From the NCBI GenBank assembly GCA_045863235.1, contig BTUM01000002.1:128001-192000 (forward strand): DNA of 64,000 nt. Reading direction: 5' to 3'. Source of the stretch: Candidatus Xenobia bacterium (GTDB taxonomy: Bacteria; Vulcanimicrobiota; Xenobia; Xenobiales; QWHO01). The notes below the pieces were generated by a model. The model saw only the letters and a program-made list of their open reading frames with translations. It was not told the origin of the DNA and did no database searches. Position numbers and translations under genes: made by a program. Below are positions 9,040 through 17,189 of the stretch, in pieces (the stretch's first letter is position 1; every line of letters begins with the position of its first letter).

Positions 9040-10235
9040 TCGGCTCGGCTCCTCCGACCCGAGTGGTGGCGCCGCCCCTGGAGCGGGTCTCCTACTGGAT
9101 GGTGGCCATGGGAATTCTGGGCACGGTGCTGGGGGGGTTGACCGGCTCGGTCCTGAGCGCCGGGATCGGCTTCAAGCTCTGCCTGGTTGGGCTCTTTCTC
9201 ATGCCTCTGTACAACTGGTTGCGCGGGCGCAACGAGCGCGATGATCGGGCGGTCATCGCAGCCCAGTTGAGCGCCCTGCTCGAGCTCAAGATTCCCCTCG
9301 ATCAGGCGCTGCGCGTCCTCAGCGCCGATGGAGGCCGCTCCATAACCACCTCGCTCTCGAGGCCCTATGCTGCTCTGTGCATCGTGGCCGACGAGGTAGC
9401 CTGCGGAGCCCCCCTGGGACGGGCCATCGAGACCACTGATGCCTTCGGCCCCCTCTGGCCCGCTCTGCTGACGCCCAACGACGAGAATCTGGCCGCCACC
9501 TTGCGGAGAATCAGCCGAGCCGAGAGCGACTCCCTGGAGTTGCCGGCCAGCCTGGCAGTGCGCTATTTCCTACAGTTTCCCTTAATTCTGGGGGTGGTCT
9601 TTTTCCTGCGCAGCTACATCCTGCCCACCTTCCTGCAGATCTTCGAGGGGATGGACTGGCGACTTCCACTGGCAACCGTGGCGATAATCTCGCTCAAGAG
9701 CTGGATTGAAGTTCCCCTTGGGCTCCTCTCGATGCTCATCTTCGGCAGCCTGATTCGCCCCGTCCGAGCCTGGATGTGGCGATTGCTGACGCGCTTGCCA
9801 GGGGTCTGGGCCATTACGAAGCTCAGCGAGCAAGCTCGTTTCTGTCAGGCGGCCGCGGCCGCAAGCTTACTGGGCTTGTCAAGCGACCGGGTCCTGGCCT
9901 GCGCCTGCGCTGCCACCCGTCACCCGGTCTACCGCCAGATCCGCTTCGGCCCCTCGGACTCTCTGGCCTCCGCCCTGCGCGCTCGCCCGGACCTTTTCGA
10001 GACCCGGCTGGTCTGGTTGGTCGAGCAGGGCGAGCGCCACCAGAACGTCCCGGAAGCGTTCGAGCTGGCGGCCAGCTTCATGCAAGACGAATTCGACGCC
10101 GGCCAGCGTCGCCTGGTGCACCAGCTGGACACAGCCCTGCTCTTGATGCTGGGGCTGCTCACCTGTATGGTGTCAGTGGGCCTGATGACTCCCATCATGC
10201 AGCTGAATCAGGCTCCCCTGGAGGGCCTGTGGTGA
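9036..10235 (+). CDS. GspF/PilC-family platform protein 1
   Basis: QLSALLELKIPLDQAL, ILPTFLQIFEGMDWRLPLAT, WLVEQGERHQNV; ATGA coupling at 9036. Confidence 0.8.
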   Translation: MIGSAPPTRVVAPPLERVSYWMVAMGILGTVLGGLTGSVLSAGIGFKLCLVGLFLMPLYNWLRGRNERDDRAVIAAQLSALLELKIPLDQALRVLSADGGRSITTSLSRPYAALCIVADEVACGAPLGRAIETTDAFGPLWPALLTPNDENLAATLRRISRAESDSLELPASLAVRYFLQFPLILGVVFFLRSYILPTFLQIFEGMDWRLPLATVAIISLKSWIEVPLGLLSMLIFGSLIRPVRAWMWRLLTRLPGVWAITKLSEQARFCQAAAAASLLGLSSDRVLACACAATRHPVYRQIRFGPSDSLASALRARPDLFETRLVWLVEQGERHQNVPEAFELAASFMQDEFDAGQRRLVHQLDTALLLMLGLLTCMVSVGLMTPIMQLNQAPLEGLW

Positions 10236-11185
10236 GAGGGGACCGTTTGCTCTTCGACCTGGCGGGCCTGCTCGAGATCGGCTTCAACCTGACCGATTCC
10301 CTCCAGCGCCTGCGGCAGAATGCTCCGCCCGCCCTGGCCGCCGAACTGGCAGACAGCGAGCGCCGCGGCACCCTCGAGCAGGCCAGTTGGGTCGACCCCA
10401 GCGTTCGACCTCTCCTCGGCTCCCAACCTGAGGACCTCTCAGAAGCGCTGCGATTGGCCTCCCGAATGCTCCGCGAGAAAGAGCGGCGCCAGATCGAGAT
10501 GAACCGCACTCTGAGTCAGCCCCGCCTGGTGTTGCTGGTGTTCGCGGTGACTTTCGCGGCCCTGCTCCTTCTGGTGATCCCGACCTTTGAGCGAATCTAC
10601 ATCGAGTTCTTCATGGCCCTACCTTTGCCCACGCGCTTGCTGCTCTGGTTGGCCAACAATCCTCTGGTGCCCGCGCTGGGCACGCTGGTGACCGCGGGCG
10701 GGTTGTTCGTGCTCTCCAGCCATCCTCGGGGTGACGCGGTGCGAATGCGTCTGCCCTGGATCGGAAGCCTGCTGGGCCTGCAGCAAAGTCTCCTCTGGCT
10801 GCGCTGGCTCAACGCTCTTCTGGCCCGCGGTCTGCCGCTCGGCCAGGCGGCCCGGGAGGCAACCGCAGTATGCCCTTCCCCCACCTTTCGGGGTTCCATG
10901 GCCGGAGTGGCCGACTCCATCGAGAGAGGCGGCTCTCTGGGGCCTGCCCTGCTCAAAGTGCGGCTCTTCCCCCCCCTGACGGCCTGGATGGTCCAGCAGG
11001 CCGAAGCTGCCGGCTGCAGTTTCGAGCCCATCGCCGCAGCCCTCGAGGTGCAGGGCCAGCGCTCATTCTCGCGAGGCCTCCCCCTGCTGGAGCCGTTCTT
11101 GATCGTCAGCCTGGCTGTACTTCAGTTGTGGGTCGTCGTGAGCTTGTTCCTCCCTATCTACCAGTTGATCGGCGCTCTGGGATGA
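10232..11185 (+). CDS. GspF/PilC-family platform protein 2
   Basis: VIPTFERIY...LPLPTRLL, LPWIGSLL, IERGGSL, LLEPFLI...FLPIYQL; GTGA coupling. Confidence 0.8.
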   Translation: MRGDRLLFDLAGLLEIGFNLTDSLQRLRQNAPPALAAELADSERRGTLEQASWVDPSVRPLLGSQPEDLSEALRLASRMLREKERRQIEMNRTLSQPRLVLLVFAVTFAALLLLVIPTFERIYIEFFMALPLPTRLLLWLANNPLVPALGTLVTAGGLFVLSSHPRGDAVRMRLPWIGSLLGLQQSLLWLRWLNALLARGLPLGQAAREATAVCPSPTFRGSMAGVADSIERGGSLGPALLKVRLFPPLTAWMVQQAEAAGCSFEPIAAALEVQGQRSFSRGLPLLEPFLIVSLAVLQLWVVVSLFLPIYQLIGALG

Positions 11186-12054
11186 AGCCTGTCCAGCTCA
11201 TCGACCTGACACGCCACCTGGCCCTGATGGCCCGCCTGGGCTATCCCCTGGCCGAGGGGCTGGCGATGGCCACCGACCGCCCCGAGCTGATCGAATCGAT
11301 CCGGCGCGGCGACAGCCCCGGCCAGGCCCTGCGCCGCTGGCCGCGCATCTTTTCGCCCTTCTACCGCGAGATGGTAGAAGCGGCCGACAGCTCTCCCCGG
11401 GCGGCCGAAATCCTGAGCGACCTGAGCCGCTGGCTCGAGCGCCAGGAGTCCTTGCGACTCGCTCTGGCGGGCGCTCTGGCCTATCCCCTGCTCACCCTCA
11501 ATCTCCTGTTGCTGCAGGTCAGCCTGCTCTTCTGGCTGGCTCCCATGAACCTGGGTCTGGGGCCGTTCGCCCACTGGCTGTCCCTGGCCGCTCTAGTCGG
11601 CTTCGCGCTGACACTTCTCCCGGCGGGACTCGATTACGTGTCCGGGTTGTTGCCCGGAACCCGACGCCTGCGCCGGCTGATCGAGGAGAGCCTCTGGTGT
11701 CGCGCCCTTGGGGTCCTGCTGGGAACCGGTCTGGATTTACCCCGGGCCCTGGAGCTTTGCGGCAGCCTTGTTGCGCGGCACGCCTCTCTGGCCGAGAAGG
11801 TGCGCTCGGGAAGCTCCCTGGCCACCGCCCTCCAGCCGGCCAACCCTACAGTGATCTGGGCTGCCGAGGCTGCCGAGCGAACGGAGGAGCCTGCCGCAGC
11901 CTTGCTCTTTGCGGCTGACCAGCTCGAGCAACAAGCCGATGACCTGCGCGAGCGGATCATTCGTTCGGCCGAGCCCCTGGCGACTCTGGCAGTGGGAGTC
12001 CTGGTAGCGCTGGTCCTGACCTCGTTCTGGAGTGCCTTCTACGGCTCCGTCTGA
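11182..12054 (+). CDS. GspF/PilC-family platform protein 3
   Basis: TRHLALMARLGYPLAEGL, FSPFYREMV, ALAYP, LGVLLGTGLDLPRAL, AEP; ATGA coupling. Confidence 0.8.
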   Translation: MKPVQLIDLTRHLALMARLGYPLAEGLAMATDRPELIESIRRGDSPGQALRRWPRIFSPFYREMVEAADSSPRAAEILSDLSRWLERQESLRLALAGALAYPLLTLNLLLLQVSLLFWLAPMNLGLGPFAHWLSLAALVGFALTLLPAGLDYVSGLLPGTRRLRRLIEESLWCRALGVLLGTGLDLPRALELCGSLVARHASLAEKVRSGSSLATALQPANPTVIWAAEAAERTEEPAAALLFAADQLEQQADDLRERIIRSAEPLATLAVGVLVALVLTSFWSAFYGSV

Positions 12055-12088
12055 AGGCCGGCCTGGAGCACCCGCGGAAGTGCCTGGC

Positions 12089-13267
12089 ATGTCCCAGATT
12101 CCGCACGAGCTGGCCAGACTGCTCGACCCTCCCGATGACTACGACGCGCGGCCCGTGGTGGAGTTGCTGGTGCGCCTGGCCCGCGAGGCTCAGGCCAGCG
12201 ACCTGCACCTTCGCCCCACCCTGGGCGAGGTGGAGGTGCTGCTGCGCTGCGACGGCGTGCTCCAGCCCCGCTTCCGCCTCCCCGAAACCGTCTATCCGCG
12301 ACTGCTGGTGGGCCTGAAGAACATGGCCCGGCTGGCCAGCTATCGCCGCTCGGTTCCCCAGGATGGTCAGTTCCAGTTCGAAGGCCAGGACGTTCGCGTG
12401 GCCACCGCCCCCAGCCACTTCGGTGAAAAGGTGGTGCTGCGGTTGATCCAGCCGGCCACCGGCTTGCGCCGGCTGGAAGAGCTTGGATTAACCCCCACCG
12501 ACCGCCGGCGTCTCGAGACGCTGGTGCGCCAGCCCCAGGGGCTGGTGCTGGCGGTAGGTCCGGCTGGCAGCGGCAAGACCACCACCCTGTTCGCCGCCCT
12601 GGAGTGGCTCTATCGCACCCGCCAGCACCAGGGCATCCAGCTCAACGTGGTGACGCTGGAGGACCCGGTGGAGATCGTCTGGCCAGAGTTCACCCAAACG
12701 CAAATCCAGCCGGCCGCCGGCATGACCTTTGCCAGCGGGCTGCGTTCGATTCTACGCCAGGATCCCGAGGTCATCCTGGTGGGCGAGATTCGCGATGCCG
12801 AGACGGCTTCGGCCGCAGTCCAGTGCGGCCTGACAGGCCACCTTGTACTCTCCACGCTGCACGCGCGCGACAGTGTAGGGGCCATTCCCCGCCTGCTGGA
12901 GCTGGAGATTCAACCTTATCTCCTGGGGGCAGCGCTGCTGGGGGTGATCTACCAGCGCCTGCTTCGCCGTCTCTGCCCCCAATGCCACGGCGGGCGCTGC
13001 CCTGCGTGCGTCCAGACCGGATACAGGGGGCGGCTGGTGGTGAGCGAGGTGCTGGAAGTCAACGAGGAAATTCGCCAAGCCATCCTCGATCGCCAACCTC
13101 TGGAGCGGATGCGCGAGCTGGCAGTGGAGAACCAGATGGTACCGCTGGAACAGACGGCGGCGCGGCTGGTGGCCGAAGGGCTGACCGACGCTGAGGAGGT
13201 GGAGCGAGTCATTCCGGGGGCCTGTAAATGGCATGCACCCCGCGCCGACCGTTCACCAGCTGAGTGA
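12089..13267 (+). CDS. GspE/PilB-family assembly ATPase (short form)
   Basis: ASDLH, PQDG, GPAGSGKTTTL, TLEDPVE, LRQDPEVILVGEIRD, GHLVLSTLHA, CPQC/CPAC, TGYRGR. Confidence 0.93.
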   Translation: MSQIPHELARLLDPPDDYDARPVVELLVRLAREAQASDLHLRPTLGEVEVLLRCDGVLQPRFRLPETVYPRLLVGLKNMARLASYRRSVPQDGQFQFEGQDVRVATAPSHFGEKVVLRLIQPATGLRRLEELGLTPTDRRRLETLVRQPQGLVLAVGPAGSGKTTTLFAALEWLYRTRQHQGIQLNVVTLEDPVEIVWPEFTQTQIQPAAGMTFASGLRSILRQDPEVILVGEIRDAETASAAVQCGLTGHLVLSTLHARDSVGAIPRLLELEIQPYLLGAALLGVIYQRLLRRLCPQCHGGRCPACVQTGYRGRLVVSEVLEVNEEIRQAILDRQPLERMRELAVENQMVPLEQTAARLVAEGLTDAEEVERVIPGACKWHAPRADRSPAE

Positions 13268-14111
13268 AGCGAAGGTCCACGAAAACGCTGGCCAGGGCCA
13301 GTGCCCGGGCCCGACCCACGCCGTGGAGGCGCATCAGCAGGTCGAGCATAAGATTGAGCGCCTGGGCCAACGCATCGTCGAGGTCCTCGGCGAAGCCCAG
13401 TGTAACCCACCGCTCGCCCCGGCGGATGTGCGGACCGGGCACCGAGGGCTCATCCACCAGCTCCAGCTCGAGCTCGATGCGCTCGAAGGGACACTCGATG
13501 GCCGTGCCGGACAGCTCCCCTTCGCCCTGGGCGGCGTGACCGTCTCCCACCGAGAGAAGGGCCCCCTCCACCAGCACGGGCAGGTAGAGCGTGGCCCCCA
13601 CGGTCAGCTCGGGGCAATCCATGTTGCCGCCCCCGGCATGCGGAAACCAGCCTTGCAGGGGCTCGGGGCCGGCCACCCCCAGGATACCCGGAAACGGCCG
13701 TAAGGCCGTGCGATAGCCATCCTGGTCCACGCCCTGGTCGCCTTCGAGCTGCCAGCGCACCACGATGCGGGGCTCATCGGCCACGCCCAGCCTGCGATTG
13801 AGGTCCTGGTTGAGAAAACCCGGACCACCGCTTAGAGTCCAGCCCCAGCTCGCGGTGCGGATCTCCTTCACGGTCACCGCCAGAGTGTCTCCGGGACGCG
13901 CTCCCCGCACTGCCACCGGGCCGTGCAGGCAAGGCCCCTCCTCACTCATCGCAAAGCGGGTGCGGCGCTCGTCCATGGGTCCGAGACCGGCGCCCACGTC
14001 CAGTGTGCGAAAGCGGACCGTATCCCCCGAATCCACCGTCAGGCAGGGGGCTCGATCAGGGCGAAACCAGCCGTGCAGGGTGCCCTCGCCGGGCTCCAGG
14101 GAGTGTTGCAA
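13209..14111 (-). CDS. acetamidase/formamidase-family protein
   Basis: GPVAVRGARPGD, GGNMD, LPVLVEGALLSVGDGHAAQGEGE motifs; SD GGAGG before the TTG start. Confidence 0.9.
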   Translation of the reverse strand: MQHSLEPGEGTLHGWFRPDRAPCLTVDSGDTVRFRTLDVGAGLGPMDERRTRFAMSEEGPCLHGPVAVRGARPGDTLAVTVKEIRTASWGWTLSGGPGFLNQDLNRRLGVADEPRIVVRWQLEGDQGVDQDGYRTALRPFPGILGVAGPEPLQGWFPHAGGGNMDCPELTVGATLYLPVLVEGALLSVGDGHAAQGEGELSGTAIECPFERIELELELVDEPSVPGPHIRRGERWVTLGFAEDLDDALAQALNLMLDLLMRLHGVGRARALALASVFVDLRFTQLVNGRRGVHAIYRPPE

Positions 14112-14259
14112 GGATCCTCCAAAGTTTGAGCAAGTTCACCAGAGGAGGTTTCCCGATGTCCGCACAGGCTCCCGTCTGCGCCGGGTTGGCTGAGCTGGTG
14201 GAGGGCACCCATCCCTGAGCTTTCAGGGAGCCTTCAGTGAGACCGTTTACGCTGCCAGC

Positions 14260-14964
14260 GTGAAGATCGAGCCCACTCGGTCCTACCTGACATTGAGCGC
14301 GCCTCCCCCGAAAGCCGCTCCGCTGGACCGTTTCGTGCGCTCGGCCCGGAGCGCCCTGCCTGTTGTTGGCACAGTAACAAAGCTGGCGCTGGTGCCTCCC
14401 CTGGTGTACGCCGGGGCCATGGGTGGAGCCGCCCTGGCCGTCGCTGCGACCGCCGGGATTGCACCCCTGCAAGCAGCCCTGGGTTCCGGAAGCCTGGAGG
14501 CCTTCGGCCAGTTGCTGAGCCTGGCGCCCACAGCGGGAAAGGCGGGGCTGGTGTTGGGAAGCCTGCCCGTCATCGGTCTTTTTGTGCCGCGGGGCCCCCG
14601 CCCGGGGAACCTGAGCTCCCTGCTGGCCGGACTGGGAATGGCTGCCTGCGCAACGGGCACGGGTTTGCTGGCCCACTCGGGAGGATTGGGCCTACCCGCG
14701 GTCGTGGCCCTGACCACTCTGGCCGGCGGGTCCGGAGCCATCGGTGGCTTCCGGCTGGGCGGTGGGCTGGGGGCCGTGCTCAAACGGTTCTTTCCCAACC
14801 GGATCCCTGAAGAGCAAGCCGCGGACCCACGACAGGTCGTCAGCGACCTGGCCAGGGGCCTGGTGGCCAGGGAGGCGACCCTGGTTCAGGAGAGCGAGCG
14901 CCTGGTCGTTCTCGGAGGGGTTACGGTGCGACGGCGGCAGGCGGCTCCGGGGGGAGCGCACTGA
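14260..14964 (+). CDS. hypothetical Gly/Ala-rich membrane protein
   Basis: Several hydrophobic Gly-rich helices and a C-terminal VVLGGVTVRRR; it fills the gap between annotated genes. Confidence 0.65.
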   Translation: MKIEPTRSYLTLSAPPPKAAPLDRFVRSARSALPVVGTVTKLALVPPLVYAGAMGGAALAVAATAGIAPLQAALGSGSLEAFGQLLSLAPTAGKAGLVLGSLPVIGLFVPRGPRPGNLSSLLAGLGMAACATGTGLLAHSGGLGLPAVVALTTLAGGSGAIGGFRLGGGLGAVLKRFFPNRIPEEQAADPRQVVSDLARGLVAREATLVQESERLVVLGGVTVRRRQAAPGGAH

Positions 14965-16168
14965 TGCGACCGCAGGCCCACCAGCCCAGACCCGCCAGCA
15001 GGGTGAAGGCGCCCACCCCGTAGAGGGTGTAGGCCCGGGTCACCGTCTCGACGGACTGGCCCAGGATGGGCGCAAACACCAGCGCCAGGCCGGCGATGTA
15101 GGCCAGCCTCCAGAGCAAGAGCAGCCAGTTGGCCTGTCCGGCGGCAAAGGCGTAGGAAACGCTCTCTACCGCGAAGCAGGCCACCATCCAGAGCGAAAGC
15201 CAGCGCGCCAGCTCGCCGGCCGGGCCCCACTCAGGGCCGAACACCAGCTTGAAAAGCCAGGGCCCGGCCAGCAGCACGGGCAAGACCAGCCCACCCATGA
15301 AGAGCACCGCAATCGCAAGCTGGCGAAGATAGAAGGCTTTGCGATCGGGCCGGCGGCCCAGCTCGCGGTTGACCAGCTGGCCGAATACCTGGCTGGTCAC
15401 CTGAAGCGGTGACCAGAGGGCCCGGAAAGCCAGCGCGAACTGGCCCACGTCGGCAGCGCTGAAGAAGGCGCCCAACACGAAGAAGACTCCCGTGTCAGAA
15501 AAGATCTTCAGCACGCCGGCAGGTGCCTGGTAGAGCGGGAAGCTCTGATAGGCTCGGGCGACCTGCAGCAGTTGGGGAGGCTCCCTCCTGGGGGCGCCCC
15601 GCTTGAAAAGAGCCCACTCCAGCCAGAGACTTCCAATCACCCAGCCCAGCACGCTGCCGAGCACCAGGCCAGGGGCCGACCATCCCAACAGACCGAAGAC
15701 GACCCAGCAAAGAGCTGCCACCAGAACCTGCACCACCCGCGAGGAGGCCAGCAGACGATACGCTTCCAACCGGTTGAACCAGAAGGTCAAGATGGAAAAG
15801 AAGCCCGTCGCCAGCAGGAACGGAGCCAGAAAAGGCAAGAGTCTGGCCAGCTCCGGGTGACCGAAGCGACTTGCCAGAGCCGGTCCCACCAACCAGGCCA
15901 ACAGGCCTGCAGCCAGCGAGAACACCAGGCAGAACCGACGCGAAAGACGCACCAGGTCGTAGGCTTCCTCGTCTTTGTCGGGGAGCATGACGGCATATTC
16001 GTAGCGTCCGGTGGAGGGAGCCATGAAGACCGTCACCAGCACCGTGAACAACGTGAACAAGCCGAACTGATCGGGCGTGTAGAGCTTGGCCACCAGCAGC
16101 GTGGCCAGCAGGTTGATCGCCTGGGCCAGCCCTCCCCCGCTGAGCAGGGTGAGAAAATTCTTCCTCAG
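14921..16168 (-). CDS. Wzx-like oligosaccharide flippase / polysaccharide biosynthesis protein (start uncertain, possibly CTG 16168)
   Basis: LRKNFLTLLSGGGLAQAINLL...LYTPDQFGLF, TGRYEYAVMLP, FGPEWGPAG; many transmembrane segments. Confidence 0.85.
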   Translation of the reverse strand: MRKNFLTLLSGGGLAQAINLLATLLVAKLYTPDQFGLFTLFTVLVTVFMAPSTGRYEYAVMLPDKDEEAYDLVRLSRRFCLVFSLAAGLLAWLVGPALASRFGHPELARLLPFLAPFLLATGFFSILTFWFNRLEAYRLLASSRVVQVLVAALCWVVFGLLGWSAPGLVLGSVLGWVIGSLWLEWALFKRGAPRREPPQLLQVARAYQSFPLYQAPAGVLKIFSDTGVFFVLGAFFSAADVGQFALAFRALWSPLQVTSQVFGQLVNRELGRRPDRKAFYLRQLAIAVLFMGGLVLPVLLAGPWLFKLVFGPEWGPAGELARWLSLWMVACFAVESVSYAFAAGQANWLLLLWRLAYIAGLALVFAPILGQSVETVTRAYTLYGVGAFTLLAGLGWWACGRISALPPEPPAAVAP

Positions 16169-16614
16169 AGCTTGCGGCGCCGTGCCAGAGCTCGGCTGGC
16201 CTGCCTTCCGGCCTGAACGTACTTCTCCAGGTGGGTCAGGTGGCGAGCCACCAGTTTGTGCAGGTCTTCGGGCGACTCGATGGCGTGCTCGTGAAAGGAG
16301 AATCCGCACTGCGTGCACTCGCGAAACTCGTGGGCCCAGGACGAGTCGTCGGCATTCTCTTCCTGCACCAGCTGGGCGCTGCACACCGGACACAGGCCCT
16401 GCTCGGCCAGCGACTGCTCGCGCTCGGGAGTGAGCCGGTCGAGCAGGGTGGAGTGGGAGGCCGCAGTCAGCGCCTGCGGTGAGATGAGCCAGGTGGAGCC
16501 TTGCTTGCGGGCCTCCAGCTTGCCGGCGCGCAGCAAACGATAGATACGGCTCAGCGACATGGATAGCTGCTGAGCCGCCTGCTGCGCGGTCAAATAAAGA
16601 TCCTGGCCCTCCAC
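16165..16614 (-). CDS. excisionase-type helix-turn-helix protein with a C-terminal Zn ribbon
   Basis: YLTAQQAAQQLSMSLSRIYRLLRAGKLEARKQGSTWLI, then CPVC...CTQC. Confidence 0.8.
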   Translation of the reverse strand: MEGQDLYLTAQQAAQQLSMSLSRIYRLLRAGKLEARKQGSTWLISPQALTAASHSTLLDRLTPEREQSLAEQGLCPVCSAQLVQEENADDSSWAHEFRECTQCGFSFHEHAIESPEDLHKLVARHLTHLEKYVQAGRQASRALARRRKL

Positions 16615-16669
16615 AAAATTTGAATTCTCCACAAGGCCAGAACAGACCTCTTGTCGAAGGAAGCTCTTC

Positions 16670-17146
16670 GTGCAGACCAGACCCGCTCGCCGCGAGGACG
16701 CCAGCGTCATCGCCAGCATCTACAACCAGGGCATCGAAGATCGACTGGCCACCTTCGAGACTCGTCTTCATAGCCCCGAAGAGGTGGCAGCCTGGTTCGA
16801 CGAGAGCCACCCCATCATCGTGGTCGAGGCGGATGATCGCGTGGTGGCTTACGCAGCCACCTTCTCCTATCGACCGAGAGACTACTATCGCGGCGTAGCT
16901 GAGTTCTCGGTCTACGTGGACCGCGACTTCCGGCTCCAGGGCGCCGGACGGATGGCCATGGAGGCGCTGGTCCACGCCGCCCGCCAGGCCGGGCTGTGGA
17001 AGCTGGTCTCGCGCATCTTCGTCGAGAATCTGGGCAGCCGCCACCTGCTGGCCTCGCTCAGCTTCCGCGAGGTGGGCGTCTACGAGCGCCACGCCCGACT
17101 CGACGGAGAGTGGCGCAACGTCGTGATCGTGGAACGACTGCTCTGA
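16670..17146 (+). CDS. GNAT N-acetyltransferase (phosphinothricin/arsinothricin acetyltransferase-like)
   Basis: IYNQGIEDRLATFET, EFSVYV, FVENLGSRHL, FREVG...LDGEWRNV. Confidence 0.9.
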   Translation: MQTRPARREDASVIASIYNQGIEDRLATFETRLHSPEEVAAWFDESHPIIVVEADDRVVAYAATFSYRPRDYYRGVAEFSVYVDRDFRLQGAGRMAMEALVHAARQAGLWKLVSRIFVENLGSRHLLASLSFREVGVYERHARLDGEWRNVVIVERLL

Positions 17147-17189
17147 GCTGACAGGGGCCCGGCCCGGGGGAGAGAAGGTCAGCCCTGCG

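Noticed and set aside
16165..16614. Excisionase as evidence of a mobile element
   Set aside because: No integrase, att sites or other mobility genes nearby; more likely a stand-alone HTH regulator.
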